From the human T2T-CHM13v2.0 reference genome, Homo sapiens, in NCBI RefSeq assembly GCF_009914755.1, contig NC_060934.1: a stretch of DNA of 64,000 bases. One strand, written 5' to 3'. Positions 33,569-49,354 of the stretch are shown here, one piece after another. The notes under the pieces are model-generated. The model did no database searches and had not been told where the DNA came from. It saw nothing but the letters and a program-made list of their open reading frames with translations. Made by a program: the position numbers and the translations under genes. Numbering within the stretch: position 1 is the first letter of the stretch; every line of letters begins with the position of its first letter.

Positions 33569-35959
33569 GAGAAAATTTCTTACCAACAGACCTGCATTGT
33601 AAAAAATGTTCAAAGAAGTCCTTTGGAAAGAAGGACAATAAAGAAACTTGGATCCTCATAGAGAAAGGAGGATACACATTAACCCATAATGAATACACAT
33701 GAATCCATGTGTATGATCCTAACGAAATGTCAAACTATGTGATGCAAAAACTGATAGAACTGCAAGAAGAAATAAATGAATCCAGTATTACAGTAGAAGA
33801 CTTCAATACTATTCTATTAGAAATGAACAGATCCAGCAGGCAGAAAATCAGTAAAGCCATAGTTGAACTAAACAACACTATCAATCAACTGTATATAATT
33901 AATATCTACAGACTACTTCACCCAACGACAGCAGAATATACATTCTTCTCAAACTCATATGGAACAATCACCAAAATAGACCACATTTCATGTCATCCAA
34001 CACACCTTGACTATTTAAAAGAATAGAAATCATAAAATGTTTGCTTTGAGACCACAATTGAATTAAACTAAAAATCAGTAACAGAAAGATAACTGAAAAA
34101 TTATAAAATACATGAAGATTTAAAAATACTCTTCTGAATGACACATGAGTGAATGGAGAAATCTCAATAGAAATTTTAAAATATTTTGGACTAAATAAAA
34201 ATAAAAACACAACAACAAAATTTGTGGGATGCAATGAAAATAGTGCTTAGAGGGAAATGTACAGCATTCAATGCATATATTAAAAATGAAGAAATATCTA
34301 AAATTAATAATCTGTTTCCATTTTAGGAAACTAGGAAAAGAAGAGCAGATTAAATCCACAGTAAGCAGAAAAAAATAATAACACTAAGAACAAAAAATAA
34401 TAAAACAGAAAACATGAAATTAATAGAGAAAAATCAACCAAACCCAAAACTGATTCTTTGGAAAGATCAATACAAGCAATAAGCCTCTAGATAGGTTAAC
34501 TAAGAGAAAAAAGAACGAGGACACAAATTAATAATATCAGAAATGAAAGAGGGATATCACTATAACATAAGAATATTTTTAAAAAGGAATACTATGAACA
34601 ACTCTAAGCTTACAAATTTGATAACCTAAATGGAATAGACCAATTCCCTGAAAGACATAATCTTCCAAAACTCACACAAGAAGAAATAATTTGAAAACAT
34701 ACATGTCTTTAAAACATATTCAATTATTAAGACCCTTCTAAAACAGAAGGAATCAGACTTAGATAGTTTCACTGGGGTAGTATTCTACCCAACCCTTAGG
34801 GAAGAAATTATACCAATTTTCTATAATCTTTTTCAGAAAATAGAAAAGAGAGGGAATATTTCTTAATTCATTCTCATCATCAGCATTACCCTAATACTGA
34901 AATCATACAAAGATTTTAAAAGAAAACTACAGACCAATATTACTCACAGAGATGTAAAAATCAATAAAATATTAGCAAATTCAGTCCAACAGTGTACAAA
35001 AAATTATATAGCATGTACCTGTAGAATTCATCACAGCTATGCAAAGCTTATTGAACTTTTAATAATCAATTAATGTAAACCATCACATCAACAGGCTAAA
35101 GAATAAAAATCACATGATCTTATCAAGAGATACAGATAAAGTATCTGAGAAAAATTAACACCTATTCAGGATAAAAACACACAGTAAACTTTAGGAATAG
35201 AGGAAAACTTTCTCAACTTGATGCATATCTACAAAAATGTATAGTTAATATCACACTTAGTGGTGAGAAATTAGAAGCTTGCCCACTAAGATCAGGAACA
35301 AAGAAAGAATGTCCCCTCTCACCACTCCTTTTCACCATTATATGGAAAGTCTTAGCTAATGCAATAAGAAAAGGAAAAGTATATTGACTGTAAAGGAAGA
35401 AATAGAGTTGTCTTTTTTGTTGATGGCATGATTGTCTCTTTTAAAAATATGAAAGAATTAACCAAAAAAGTCCTGGAACTAATATCTCATCACAGCAAGG
35501 TTGCATGGTACAAGGTTAATATACAAAAATCAACTGCTTTCTTATATATCAACAATGAACAAGTGGAACTTGAAATTAAAAACACAATATCCTTTACATT
35601 AGTATCCCAAAAATTTAAATACTTAAGTATAAATCTAATAAAATATGTATAAGATCTATGAGGAAAACTGCAAAACTCTGATCAAACAAATTAAAGAATA
35701 ACTAAATAAATGAAGAGATATACCATTTCCATTGCTATGAAGGCTCAATACTGTGAAGATGTCAGTTCTTCCCAAACTGGCCTACGGAATCAATTGCAAT
35801 CCAAATCAAAATCCCAGCAAGTTATTTTGCGGATATTGAAAAACTGATTGTAACATTTATACTAAGAAGGAAAACACTCAGAATAGCCAATATAATATTG
35901 AAGGGAAAGAACAACATTTGAGGACTAAGACTACACAAGTTCAAATCTGACTATAGATT

Positions 35960-36094
35960 TTTTTCCATGATGTCAGAGTAGAGGCTTTTAGCATGCCTCA
36001 GCTACGTGGAAATAGCAGGATAGTGCATAAAGATAAACTCTGTGAGCTTCAATTCAAGAAAAAAAAGGGAATCACTGGAATTGTGAAGGACACC
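35960..36094 (+). mobile_element. Extreme 5' end of a younger L1 (L1MA/L1PB-age)
   Basis: tccatgatgtcagagtagaggcttttagcatgcctcagc.. resembles an L1 5' start. Confidence 0.55.
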
Positions 36095-36636
36095 TGTGAT
36101 GGTTAATATTGAGTGTCAATTTGCTTGCATTGAAGGATGCAAAGTATTGTTCCTGGCTGTGCCTGTGAGGGAGTTGCCAAAGAAGATTAACATTTGAGTC
36201 AGTGGACTGGGAGAGGCAGACCCATCCTCAATCTGGGTGGGTACCATGTAATCAGCTGCCAGTATGGCTAGAATAAAGCAGGAGAAAATGGAAGAGCAGA
36301 CTTGCTGAGTCTTCTGGCCTTCATCTTTCTCCTATGCTGCCCTTGAACATCAGACTCCAAGTTCTTCAGCTTTTGGACTCTTGGACTTACACCAGTGGTT
36401 TGCCAGGGGCTCTCGAGCCTCTGGCCACAGACTGAAGGATGCACTGTTGGCTTCCCTACTTTTGAGGTTTTGAACTCTGACTGATCCACCACTGGCTTCC
36501 TTGCTCCTCAACTTGCAGATGGCCTATTGTGGGACTTTACATTGTGATTGTGTGAGTCAATTCTCCTTAATAAACTCCCCCTCATATATTCACATATCCT
36601 GTTAGTTCTGTCCCTCTAGAGAACCTGGACTAATAC
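36095..36636 (+). mobile_element. MLT2A2-like 5' LTR of HERV-L
   Basis: tgtgatggttaatattgagtgtcaa...gactaataca, ~540 bp, followed by PBS-like gattttggtaccagg. Confidence 0.93.
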
Positions 36637-38240
36637 AGATTTTGGTACCAGGCATGGTTCTAGAGGAAGAGAATTTTAAGGATGGATGTCTTTAGTTGGT
36701 TTTGGAGTTTCTGGAGTTGGCTGCTTAATCTGATTAGACCCAAAAATGCTAAGGTAACTCTACTTCTAATAGTATGGAAAACACTGATAGTCCTTGGTGT
36801 GAACTGTTTAGAGAGTTATATAAAATAAATGCATTTGATACACCTAATTTACTGATTGTGAGAGTCAAGGAATTTAGTGACTTTATATATAATACCTTTG
36901 ACTATGTGTGGGGAACCAAAAAATATTATAAAGTTGGTTGGTTGCTCCCAAGTTCACTGGACAAAGTGATGAAAGAAAAGGATGAGCTCAGGGATTCTAA
37001 CTCCTAGCTCCAGAAGCACATACTGAGCCTCAAGTCTTCTAAGATTCCCCTGAGTGAGAGTCGTACCTCCTGTAGACAAAGGGTTGAAATTGTAGAAAAT
37101 CAGGCACAAGCTCTTATCAGGCGAATGGCTGACCTGCAATGAAAGGTACATGCTCAGTCTCGCCAGATGTCTACTATTAAAGTGAGGGCATTGATTGGAA
37201 AAGAATGAGACCCTGCAACTTGGAATGGAGATGTATGGGAGGACCCTGATGAAGCTGGGGACACTGAGCTTGTAAACTCTGAGGAGGCTTTTTTTACCCG
37301 AGAAAACAGCTCCCTCATCCCCAGTGGTGGCAACATCCCCTCCCCGACCTGCTGCCATCAGCCTTACCACCTTTGTCTGAGGAGATTAACCACGCGCTGC
37401 CTGAGGCAACAGTGATGGCCTCCCCTGAAGCAGTTGCCAGGCAAGACAATGCTGATTCTCCTTAGGACCCACCCCCAACATCCCTGTTTGCTTCTAGACC
37501 TATAACTAGACTAAAGTCCCAGCATGCCCCTAGAGGTGAGGTTCAGAGTGTGACCCACGATGAGGTGTGCTACACCTCGAAAGAACTGTTTGAGTTTTCT
37601 AATTTATATGGACAGAAACCTGGAGAACAGGCATGGGAATGATATTAAGGATGTAGGATAATGGTGGAAGGAACACAGAGTTGGATCAGGCTGATTTTAT
37701 TTATTTGGGCCCACTAAGGAGGGATTGTGCATTTAATGTTGCAGCTCAGGGAGTTAAAGACAGTTCTTATAGTTTATTTGCTTGGTTAGCTGAAATATGG
37801 ATCAAAAGATAGACCACTGTGAGCGAGCTGGAAAGGCCTGATCTCCCTTGGTTTAATGTAGAGGAAGGGATCCAAAGACTTAAGGAGATTGGGATGCTAG
37901 AGTGGATTAGTCACGTTAGACCTACTCATCCCAGCTGGAAGGGTCCAGAAGAAATAGCCTTCACCAATATTTTGCGAGATAGATTTGTGAGGGCAGCACC
38001 TGAATCCTTGAAGAGATCTGTGATTGCTCTTCTCTGTATGCCAGATCTTATAGTAGGAACCACGGTCATTCAATTACAAAATTTAAAAGCAATGGGAATA
38101 ATTGGATCCCGAGGTGGTGGGGGCCAAGTGACAGCACCCAACTGTCACAGGCAAGATAGGCATAGTTACGGTAATGGACAGCAGAGGCAAAGCAGCAATC
38201 AGAATAGTCTGACACGTGTAGAGCTCTGACATTGGCTGAT
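36637..38240 (+). pseudogene. HERV-L leader and disrupted gag, 3' truncated
   Basis: MENTDSPWCELFRELYKI..; PDLPWFNVEEGIQRLKEIGMLEWI. Confidence 0.9.
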
Positions 38241-38259
38241 TTTGTGTAGTGAGCAAAGT

Positions 38260-38520
38260 AGACTGCGGAGTGGCAGTGAAAAACAAGAGAAAAAAAAAAC
38301 CCAACAAGTAAAAATGATGTCCTGAAACCTGGAAAAGAACATTTTTCAAGAAGGTGGGATGGTTCAGCCACGTGAAATGCTGCTGAGAGGTCAAGGAGGA
38401 TGAGGGAGGTCAGAGACTTTACTGATTTTGTCAATACGTAGAAAGTGGCTGACCTTGATGTTGATATATTTAAGTAGAGTGATGGGAATAAATAGCATTT
38501 GGTGTGGGTAAGAAGCTGAA
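38260..38520 (-). mobile_element. L2 fragment
   Basis: aaatgctgctgagaggtcaaggaggatgagg. Confidence 0.75.
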
Positions 38521-39369
38521 AGAATTAATAGTTCATTTTCTTCAAATTTCAGATTCAACATGACTTATTTGAAAGTATCCAGTTAACTCATTTACAGATG
38601 AAAATGTGGATGATGATAAAGAAACCACTCAATTCAAAGAGAAAGTTTTCAAGTACCCAGTTCACTTTGTTCCTGAATATATACAGCAGTTAGCTTAATA
38701 AATAAAGAATCATTGCTTTTTTATCTGGGACATTTTTCTGAGTCATGGGTACAAAGCCACATAAACGTAGATAATAACAGAAATAGTCTATTTTCTTTCA
38801 TGTTAAAATCACTAGTCTCCCCACACAATGTACCTATAATTAATTGTTATTATTAATATACTTCGCCAACATTATCTGTTTAGAAAATCATTCATTGTGA
38901 CTCTGTAAAATAAAGTATGTCATTGTCCAAAACATGGCAATAAGCCTAAAATGCTAAAGAAGGCTCTAATTCAATTTTGCTTTTATGACTCATCTCTAGT
39001 TCACAGTCACAGAATGACATAACACTTCAAATGGTCTGGAAGGCATACACAAGGAGTAATGAAATCTTGTTGGGATCTAAAATGAAGAGCTAAAACAATG
39101 GTCAGGACCAGAGCAACACACACCAATAGCATAAAAGCTGCAGCTCCCCTTGGAGAGATACTTTGCTAATAAATTAGAGTACTACTAGTGCCAAAGGAAG
39201 ACAAGTGTTAGGGATGCAAAATGTACAAGCTATAGATAGAGAAACTATAACTGCAAACATCTCCAAGGTATATTCTGGGTCCTACAGTTGTCTTGAAGAA
39301 AGGGATAAATGAGGGTTATTCAGGTTAACTTCCTCGCCAACTTCAAAGAATCTGGACCTTAGGTATTTT

Positions 39370-39590
39370 GCTAATATTTGCTAAATGTTGGTATGTGCAG
39401 GCACTGTATAAATCCTTTATATGTATCATTTCATTTACTGTTCACAACCACCTTACAAAGTAATTAGTATTATCACTCCTATTTTCTAGTTCAAGAAATA
39501 GAAGATCAGATTGCTTGTGAGACTTGATCAAATTCATACAGCTAAAGATTAGTAAAGCTGTATTTGATCCCAGGCAGTCAATACCTCCTT
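39370..39590 (-). mobile_element. MIR
   Basis: atgtgcaggcactgt..tatcatttcattta..gtatttgatcccaggcagtc. Confidence 0.7.
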
Positions 39591-41559
39591 TCTCAATTCC
39601 AAAGTCTGTACTGATAGAAATACATAATGATTGGAATTTCTACCTATGGCTACCCTGGCATTGTGATCTAGAAATTAAGAGAGAAATTTTATCTGAGGCT
39701 TGCCATTAACTCTCTAGGGGACTTTGGAACAGTCATTTAATCTCAGTCAATCTCAGTTCAGACCATATTTTATGGCAATTAATGAGATAACAATATAAAG
39801 ATTTATTAACTGCTATTATTGTGTCCATCTTCACACATCCCTAAAAAAGTTTTACTAGATTCTATCTATAAAATGTAGAGTTCAAAATAATGAGAATGAC
39901 AGTTTCATCCCAGACTCCTGACTGACTGAGTGAACCCATTTCATTCTAGCTGGATGCACAAGAAATCAATTTTTATATTATTCTCTTTGCAGGGGAATCC
40001 AAATTACAACATTTCTAATATTTAACCCAGAATGTCCTTTCTTTCCTAAAAATTTCTTCAAGAAAATCATTCTAAGGAGAAAAAAGCAATATATGCAGTA
40101 AGGGTTTTTTTGTTTGTTTGTTTTTGTTTGTTTTTTTAAAGAGAAAGAAAGAAAGAAAAGAAATCAAAACAACAAAAACTTCCATGCACAGCAAAGGGCT
40201 GAGAGTTAAGTAAATTATAGGGTACCAATATGATGAAATACAATGCAATTTATTAAATGAAGAATTAGATTTTAAAATATTTAAGGAATATAAAAGTGAG
40301 AAATGTAGAATAGAAGGAAATATATACACAATGATTATGACTGTATGTGTGAAAATAATTGGAAAAAAAAGCTCTTAAGAAATGAAATTCAGCATAGTTT
40401 GGGGGATTTTCCCCATCATTCGAACATACTTTCTTAAAAATGTTTTATATTTATTTAAGAATATTCTAATTTTTTAAAAACATTAACAACTAAAACATCA
40501 CTCCTTTCACACTCTCCACGCCCCCCCCCCCCCCAAAAAAAAGCACCCTCCCAACTCTTCCTTTATTTCTAGCCCCTATTTAGGCAAAGTGTTGACTTCT
40601 CTTTCTAGTAGATCTGCCTTGAGTATAAGAAGTCAAATAACTCAGTCAGTTCTGAAAATCCTCAGTAAAGGACTCTCCAGCAAGTTCAATCAGCTTGCAA
40701 TTCCTGTCTCTAATTTGGTACTGCGGCCTGATTCTGACCCACCTGACACTCGGTTGCTGCTGTTAGGATACCACCAGTAATTCTTCCAAATCACCTCAGA
40801 ACCATCCTTGATGCATTTAATCCATTCACACACGCATGCAGTCTACTTTGTGCTAAGCACTGGACATTCAATAATGAGCAAAAACTCATTCCCTGAGCTC
40901 ACTGAAGTTACTAATATTGACCTCCTCTGTTTAATTTTTTAATTTTTAAATGAGGATATATTTAACAACATTTTTGAAAAAGAGATAAAACTCAACCATA
41001 TTCCACCATCCTAACACAATGTTCTTTTTGGTATATTGCCCTCCTGTCTTTGTCTTGATGCATACGTATTTTATAATCTTATAATTACAGCATAAGAGGT
41101 AAAGTATAATACTGGATTCAGAACTTTTCACCAGGATCATAAAGAGTTTTCTAGTTTTTCAGTTTCAACAATGATCTTTTTTTGTACTTTTCTATGTTCA
41201 ACCGTATATCCATTCTTTATTTGTCCTTTTCCAATTTCTGAGTATTTAGATTATTTTCAGATTTTATTTTCTGTTTACCCTATAATATCGATAATACAAA
41301 AAAGAAAACAACAACAACAAAAGAATGATTCTGACTCAGTACAACCTGGCCTTTACTTCTTTCTCTAGCTTCTTCTCTTCTCTCTCCTGACCTCCAATTC
41401 CATGCTCAGGTCATGGTAATACCTGGAGGATCCGAAAGCCCGGTATGTTGTTCAGTCTCTATCCCTTCGCAGACGCTCTTACCCCTGCCAATGAGCACTT
41501 TTCCCCAAAATTGATTCCTAATTCTCCCATCTTCTTTGCCTAGAAAACCCTTCCTCATC

Positions 41560-42363
<804 letters not shown>

Positions 42364-43433
42364 CTGGACCTCTTAAACTGGAAGTTCGCACGACAGGACT
42401 GTTGTGCTGTTATCCACTCACCAACCCAGCAATCATGGCACTTGGTATTTAATACTCCAAGTCCCTAAATGACTCACCTATATCTACTGCTAGACTATAA
42501 GTTCTGCAAGGGACATATCTTCTTTTTTTTCCATTCACTTTTCCTTCCTTTATGCTTTCTCATTTCTTTATAAGACCTCACATTATTTTGTATTATTAAG
42601 TATGCTATAAATTCCAAATAGTATATGCAACATAAATATAAATGATAAGGCATAATAATAAAATGAGACCCACGTGTCCACTACCTAGTACAATGTTGTC
42701 TTTTCGCACTGATTAGAGTCTATAACAATATTTTGAATAAAACTAGTGAAATCGAGTATCCTTTTCTTTTCCTAAGTTTTCAAGGGAATGCTTGTAAAGC
42801 TTTACCATTAAATGTGATGTTTGTAGTAGGTTTTTGGTGGACAACATTTATTAGGTTAAGCAATTTACCTTTTAACCTTAGTTTTCCTTAAGAATTTTTT
42901 TATAATGAGTAGATATTGAATTTATCAAATGTTTTTGCTACACATACTCAAATGGGTATATGGTTTTCTCCTTTTATCTGCTGATCTGGTGATTTACATT
43001 TTAATAGATGTTCTAATGTTAAAATAACCTTGCATTTTAGGATTTAACAGCTATTATATTTTTAACACATTGCTGAATTGAGGATGCTGATATTTTGTTT
43101 TGAATACTTCATGCATGTTCATGAGCGAAATGAACTTCTAATATTCCTTTCTTATACTATCCTTGCCTGGTTTCAGTATCAAGGTTATATTAACCTCACA
43201 GGAAAACAATAAACCCTCTGTAACTAAGTCTATTCTTTGAAAAAAATCTAAGATATTATCTATCTTTCAAGTGTTTTATAGAATTCATATACAAAACCAT
43301 TTGGGCCTAATATTTTCTTTGAGCAAAGATTATCATTACTAATTCACTAATAAGATACTTTTCTAGGTATTTTGTTCATTACATTTCTTTTCAAATTTAT
43401 CAGCATACAATTCTTCCCAGTACTTACATTGTC

Positions 43434-43736
43434 TTTTTTTTGTTTGTTTTTTCTGAGACAGAGTCTTGCTTTGTTGCCCAGGCTGGAGTGCAATGGCATG
43501 ATCTCGGCTCACTGCAACTTCCCTGACCCAGGTTCAAGCAATTCTCCTGCCTCAGCCTCCTGAGTAGCTGGGATTACAGGCAGCTGCCACAACACCTGGC
43601 TAATTTTTGTGTTTTTAGTAGAGATGGGGTTTCACCATGTTGGCCAGGCTGGTCTTGAACTCTTTACCTCAGGTGATCCACCCGCCTCGGCCTCCCAATG
43701 TGTTGGAATTACAGGCGTGAGCCACCGCACCCAGCC
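43434..43736 (-). mobile_element. AluSx-like
   Basis: acctcaggtgatcc diagnostic. Confidence 0.94.
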
Positions 43737-46147
43737 ACATCATCTCTTTTAATCATTGATTTATGTATAGTTATGCTTTCCTTTTCATTCCTAATGTCTA
43801 TGTCTCTTTTCTTTAAATTTTGGTCGGTCTTATTAGACATGCATTGATTTTGGTAGTCTTTAAAAATGACTGTCAGTTTTATAAATTCTATTTGTTTTCT
43901 ATTTTATAAATGTGTCCTTTCTTATTCTTTTTTACTTTTGTGTGTTTATTTTGTTGTTCTTCTAATTTCTTAAACTGGATGCTTCTCACATTCTTTAGCC
44001 TTTTTCTTTTCTAATATAAGTACTTCCTCCAGGAAGTCTTCCTATAACCGACAAATTGGGTTTTATATTATTGTTTCTATTTCCATAAAGATTGATGCAT
44101 TAACCTATAGCTCTTCTAACAGCTTTTTTAAAATAAATATTCAAGTGTATGTTGCTTTTTGCTTCTTGGTGGTGGTGTTAATTTATAAATGAATTTTATT
44201 ATATTCACAATACAAGGTCTGTATGAGATCCAATTTCTGGAATTTGTTGTCAATTTTTACAAATCTTTCCTGCATGCTTAAAACAGCATTTTATTCTCTG
44301 GCTCTTGGGATATATTTCCTGTGCCCATTAGATCAAGCTTATTAAGTGCATAGTTCAAATTCTCCCCATCCTTTCTAATTTTTGTCTGTTTGATATATCA
44401 ATTACTAAGAGACAAGAGAGAGAATAAAAATCCCTTACTTCTCTTTGGAGTTCTGGCAATTTTTGCTTCATATATTTTAAACCTATGTTATTAGCTAGCA
44501 TTACCTCCTGGAAAATTATCTTTTTTCTTATTATATAGTTACTGTCTTTGTCTGTAGTAATGCTTTTTGCTTTGAAGTCTATTTTGTCTATTCGTAACAG
44601 ACACCAGGAACATTTAATAGTATTTGCCTGTTATCTATCTTTGCATTCTCTGCCTTTCAACTGTCCTCTGTTCTTATGTTTGATGTGTGTTCCTTGTAAA
44701 AAATCATGAAATTGACTTCCATATTTTTTGGACTTGGTCATTTTTGATAATCCCTGTGATCTCACTTATAATTAGTCTTATATTTTTATTTTTTTCTATC
44801 TTTTTTTGGTGTTATTTGTCTTGCTTTTATGCAGTTTTATTTTTTCTTCTCTTGCTTTCTTTTGCTGTGCTTATCGATTTGTTTGTTTTTCCTTTGAGAA
44901 GTTTTATTTTTTGTCTTATAAACTTTTAAAAGGTTAAAGTTATTATGTTGACATTATTGCTGAATAATAAAAGTATCTTAGAAGATCTTCATTCTAATCA
45001 TGTCACAAAAACTCCACTATCATGTTAATTTTGTTCACAATAGAAAATATATCCTGCTTTACTTAACTCTCAATATTTGACATTAACATTATCGAATTTA
45101 ATCATTATATTTCATTTATCCAAATTTTTACTCTCTACTTCAGTCAACATACCTTAAATCTTAGACCTTCCTTCTGGGATCATTTGCTGCTTTCTGAAGT
45201 ACATGTATTAAAAGTTCCTTGTGGCAAAGTTATGTTGCTAGCAAACACTGTTTCAGTTTCTTCTAAAAATGTCTTGCTTTTCTTCTTGTTTTTGAAAGTA
45301 TAGAATTATACATGGTTCCTCAGTTTTTTCTCAGTGCCTTGAGGCCAGTTGTCCAGAAGCCATTTCTTTAATATTTTTTTCTCTTGCTATTTTTATGTTG
45401 CTTTCTAAATAATGAAATTGCAAAAACCTCAAGGGCGAGGTGCTTACAACTGGACTTGTTTTTAATTATTTTGCTTTGGATCCACTGGACTTCCTAAATC
45501 TGAAGATTTATGTCTTTAAGTGATTCTGGAAAACTCTTGCCCATTGTATTTTCAAATATTGCCTTTTCATTGTCTCTATAATCTTTACCCAGATGTCTTA
45601 GTGAGTATGTGTTGAACCTATTCCCTCTGAAGTCCTTATCTCTTAATCTGTTTTTCTTGGGTTATGTCCCTTTTTCTCCTTCTGTTCTACTCCATGTAAC
45701 TTTTTGCATCTCTTTGAAGTTGATTAATTTTCTTTTCAGCTTTGTATATTCTGATGTTTAACCATTCCATTTTAGTCGTATATTTAATCTAGAAGCTTTA
45801 TTTAGTTCTTTTTTTTTTTTTTTACCAGTCTTTCTGGTTATCCTAAAATAATTTCTAGTTCCCAATTATGGTATTTTATTTGTCCTTTTAAGAATATATA
45901 CATTTAACACACTTATTTTGCGTTCTGTTTTAGATCATTAAATTTGTATGGGTCTGGTTCTGTTTTTTGTCTTTTATTTTCTTTTCCTTCTTAGTTGCCT
46001 TACATTCATGGTATCCTGTTTCCTTTTGTGTAGGATTTCTTATTATATTATCATAATTATGAACTCATATTTGGAACTCTGCTTACAGGAATCCTGTAGG
46101 AATTTCATGGCTTCTAAGTTCCTCTGAGAACATTTGCATTTATTTCT

Positions 46148-46468
46148 TTTTTGTGTGTGTGTGTTTTTTTTTTTTTTTTGAGACGGAGTCTTGCTCTGTC
46201 GCCCAGGCTGGAGAGCAGTGGCGCGATCTCAGCGCAATCTTGGCTCAAGCTCCGCCTCCCAGGTTCACGCCATTCTCCTTCCTCAGCCTCCCGAGTAGCT
46301 GGGACTACAGGCGCCCGCCACCACGCCTGGCTAATTTTTTTTGTATTTTTAGTAGAGACGGGGTTTCACCGTGTTAGCCAGGATGGTCTCGATTTCCTGA
46401 CCTCGTGATCCACCCGTCTCGGCCTCCCAAAGTGCTGGGATTACAGGCGTGAGCCACCGCGCCCGGCC
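46148..46468 (-). mobile_element. AluY
   Basis: 20 bp TSD gaaYatttgcatttatttct. Confidence 0.96.
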
Positions 46469-48649
46469 GAATATTTGCATTTATTTCTACCCAATACCTA
46501 GAAACAGTACTACCTTTGTCCATTTTAAAGTAAAAGTCTCAGTTATGGCTTTTCAGTTCCCAAATGTGTGAATTCAGTCCCCAGTCCCTCATGGGGGCTG
46601 ATTGATGCTATAGATTCTCAAAGGAAGCTTTTTCTCCACCTTCAATTAAAGCCAGTGCTGAAACCAACAAGTATCTCTCCTTTATGCCTCTGGGGAGCGT
46701 AATCTGAAAACCAGAATTTCCACGCATCCTCTGTGGTTTTATGCTTTATCCATCGAGGAGGGTAGGCTGACTCGATGCCTTTCACTCTACTCATTCTTTG
46801 TCACTCGTCCTGCTGATAAGGTTGTTAAACCCAAACTATAAACCAATTACTTGGGTTAGCACACACTCCCGAACAGCCCAAAGCTTCACTGTGTTGCTCG
46901 CCTCCATTGAGTTATGGTCCTATTCTTTCCCTGACCTTTCTGCCAAGCTCACACATTTATTTAAATTGTCCTTTTAAAATTTCATATTATATTGCATTTT
47001 TAGTTGCTTTGTAAGAGGAGAGTTTCTGGCTCTCTGTAACTGTCATATTTCCAGAATGGAAGCCATGAACATTGACTTTCTTGTTCACCACTGAATCCTA
47101 GTACCTAGTGTAGTACCTGACATTAAGCAGACATTGTATGTAAATTTATAGAATGAATTAATTAAAATATTTGATATTGTGTGCATACCTTTTTGATTCT
47201 GAATCGTTTCTTCAGGATAAATTCTGACAATTTAAATTACTGGGTTCAAGGTATGGACAATATCTTACTATACACACTCTTATATTACTTTCCAAAAAAG
47301 ATGCAAATACACATAGTAGGTTACTAGGTTAGTATTCATGTTAGGTGTGCTTTAAATTTTTACCAAATGGTTAATAATTTGTTTCCTTTCACCTCCGAAA
47401 AAACTACACATCATCACTCGTCTTTGTAGATGTCATGTGTGCTCCCTAATGACCTCTAAAGCACTGAAGAGAATGCTCTGCAGGCCAAAGAGTTTGCTTT
47501 GCTGCCAATCTTGAATATTATGGGACACAAAACAATTATTTGGCCCTATTTGTGATGCAAGAATTTCAAAGTCAGGTTAATTAGTATGAAGAAAGCATAT
47601 TTTTTTCCCTCATGAGACATGACTTCATTGCCTAGCTAAGGCTGTGTCCTATTCTCAATTTTTCTCCTACCCAAACTACACTTATGGAATTTAGATAGAG
47701 AAAAACATAATCCTCCTAATGCTTCTGACAACAATTTTGACCATGAAAGGTTAAGTACCTCCATGGGCAACTTGAACTTATATGACTAGAATTTACACAC
47801 ACAATAGACCAAGATCACTATTCTTAACCACACTAATAGGCTGATATTTTCCTAAAGAAAAAAAAAAGGCTCTCCTGTGTATTAATTAGTTTTGGTACTC
47901 GCTGATACAGACAAGAATGTCTCCAGGGCCTGGTGTATCCTTTATTATACAACTCGAGTGTAGAAAATCAATTTCAGGGTAACTCTATGTTGAGAAAATC
48001 TTCCCTGGGGTTTCAGAAAAATTTAACTGGGGCTCTGAGAGAGATCGTGATTCTGGCATGTTTGTATGTGTGTGTGTGTGCACGTGCACAGGGAGCATAA
48101 TATGGAAGAGGTGTTCAGCGCGAGTTTGCTGAATGGAATGAAAATAATACGTAGACAAAGGGTTTTTTTTCTGCTTGGCATAGAGGGGTGTGATGGTTTA
48201 GAGATGATGTCATCTCACTCAAAATTCCAGGGTTCTTGGAAGATAGAGCTACTACAGCAAAGATCACTCTCCTTCCCTCACTGCTACGATGATCCACCAG
48301 ATCAGACAGCTTAGAGTGCCCTCTTGTTCTTAGCATGGCCTCATGTCAAGTTCTCATCCAAAAGTCTGGACTCAAGCCCAGTATTCACTCTAAGGTGTCT
48401 TGGATAACTAATCATGGACAGAGCTTGAATCTGAATCCTGTTAAGTAGTTGTTGATAAACTGTTTGTCAAAAGTTAGTCTGTTAGTTAGGACAGTTATCA
48501 TAACTACCTGCTGAAACAACTTCAAAATCTCAATGGCTTGGTTTTCCATTCCTGAGTTACTTCACTTAGAATAATAGTCTCTAATCTCATCCAGGTCATT
48601 CAAAGTGCTGTTAATTCACTCCTTTTTATGGCTGAGTAGTATTCCATCA

Positions 48650-48753
48650 TATTTATATACATATATATATATTTATATATGTATATATATATGTATATGT
48701 GTGTATATATAATTTTTTGATTCTGAATCATTTCTTCAGGATAAATTCTGTGT

Positions 48754-48789
<36 letters not shown>

Positions 48790-48790
48790 C
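48650..48790. repeat. (TA)n/(CA)n compound microsatellite interrupted by a 37 bp foreign patch
   Basis: Read directly from sequence. Confidence 0.93.
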
Positions 48791-48988
48791 AGAGTTTCTT
48801 TATCCACTCATTGATTGATGGCCATTTGGGTTGGTTCCACAATTTTTCTATTGTAAATTGTGCTGCTATAAACATGCGTGTGCAAGTAACTTTTTCAAAT
48901 AATGACTTCTTTTCCTCCGGGTATGCAAAGGCTTAAGAATGATACAATGGACTTTGGAGACTTGGGAGGAAGAGTGGGAGTGGGGTGA

Positions 48989-49354
<366 letters not shown>

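Larger units (their letters stand above)
42560..47060 (-). mobile_element. Ancient L1ME-type element, antisense, split by two Alus
   Basis: T-rich decay with ORF2-like motifs (gggaatgctt..ttaccattaaatgtgatgtt; ggttatattaacctca). Confidence 0.7.

Noticed and set aside
40589-40780. Possible exon after ttctctttctag
   Set aside because: Weak donor, no recognisable protein similarity, no supporting neighbouring exons.
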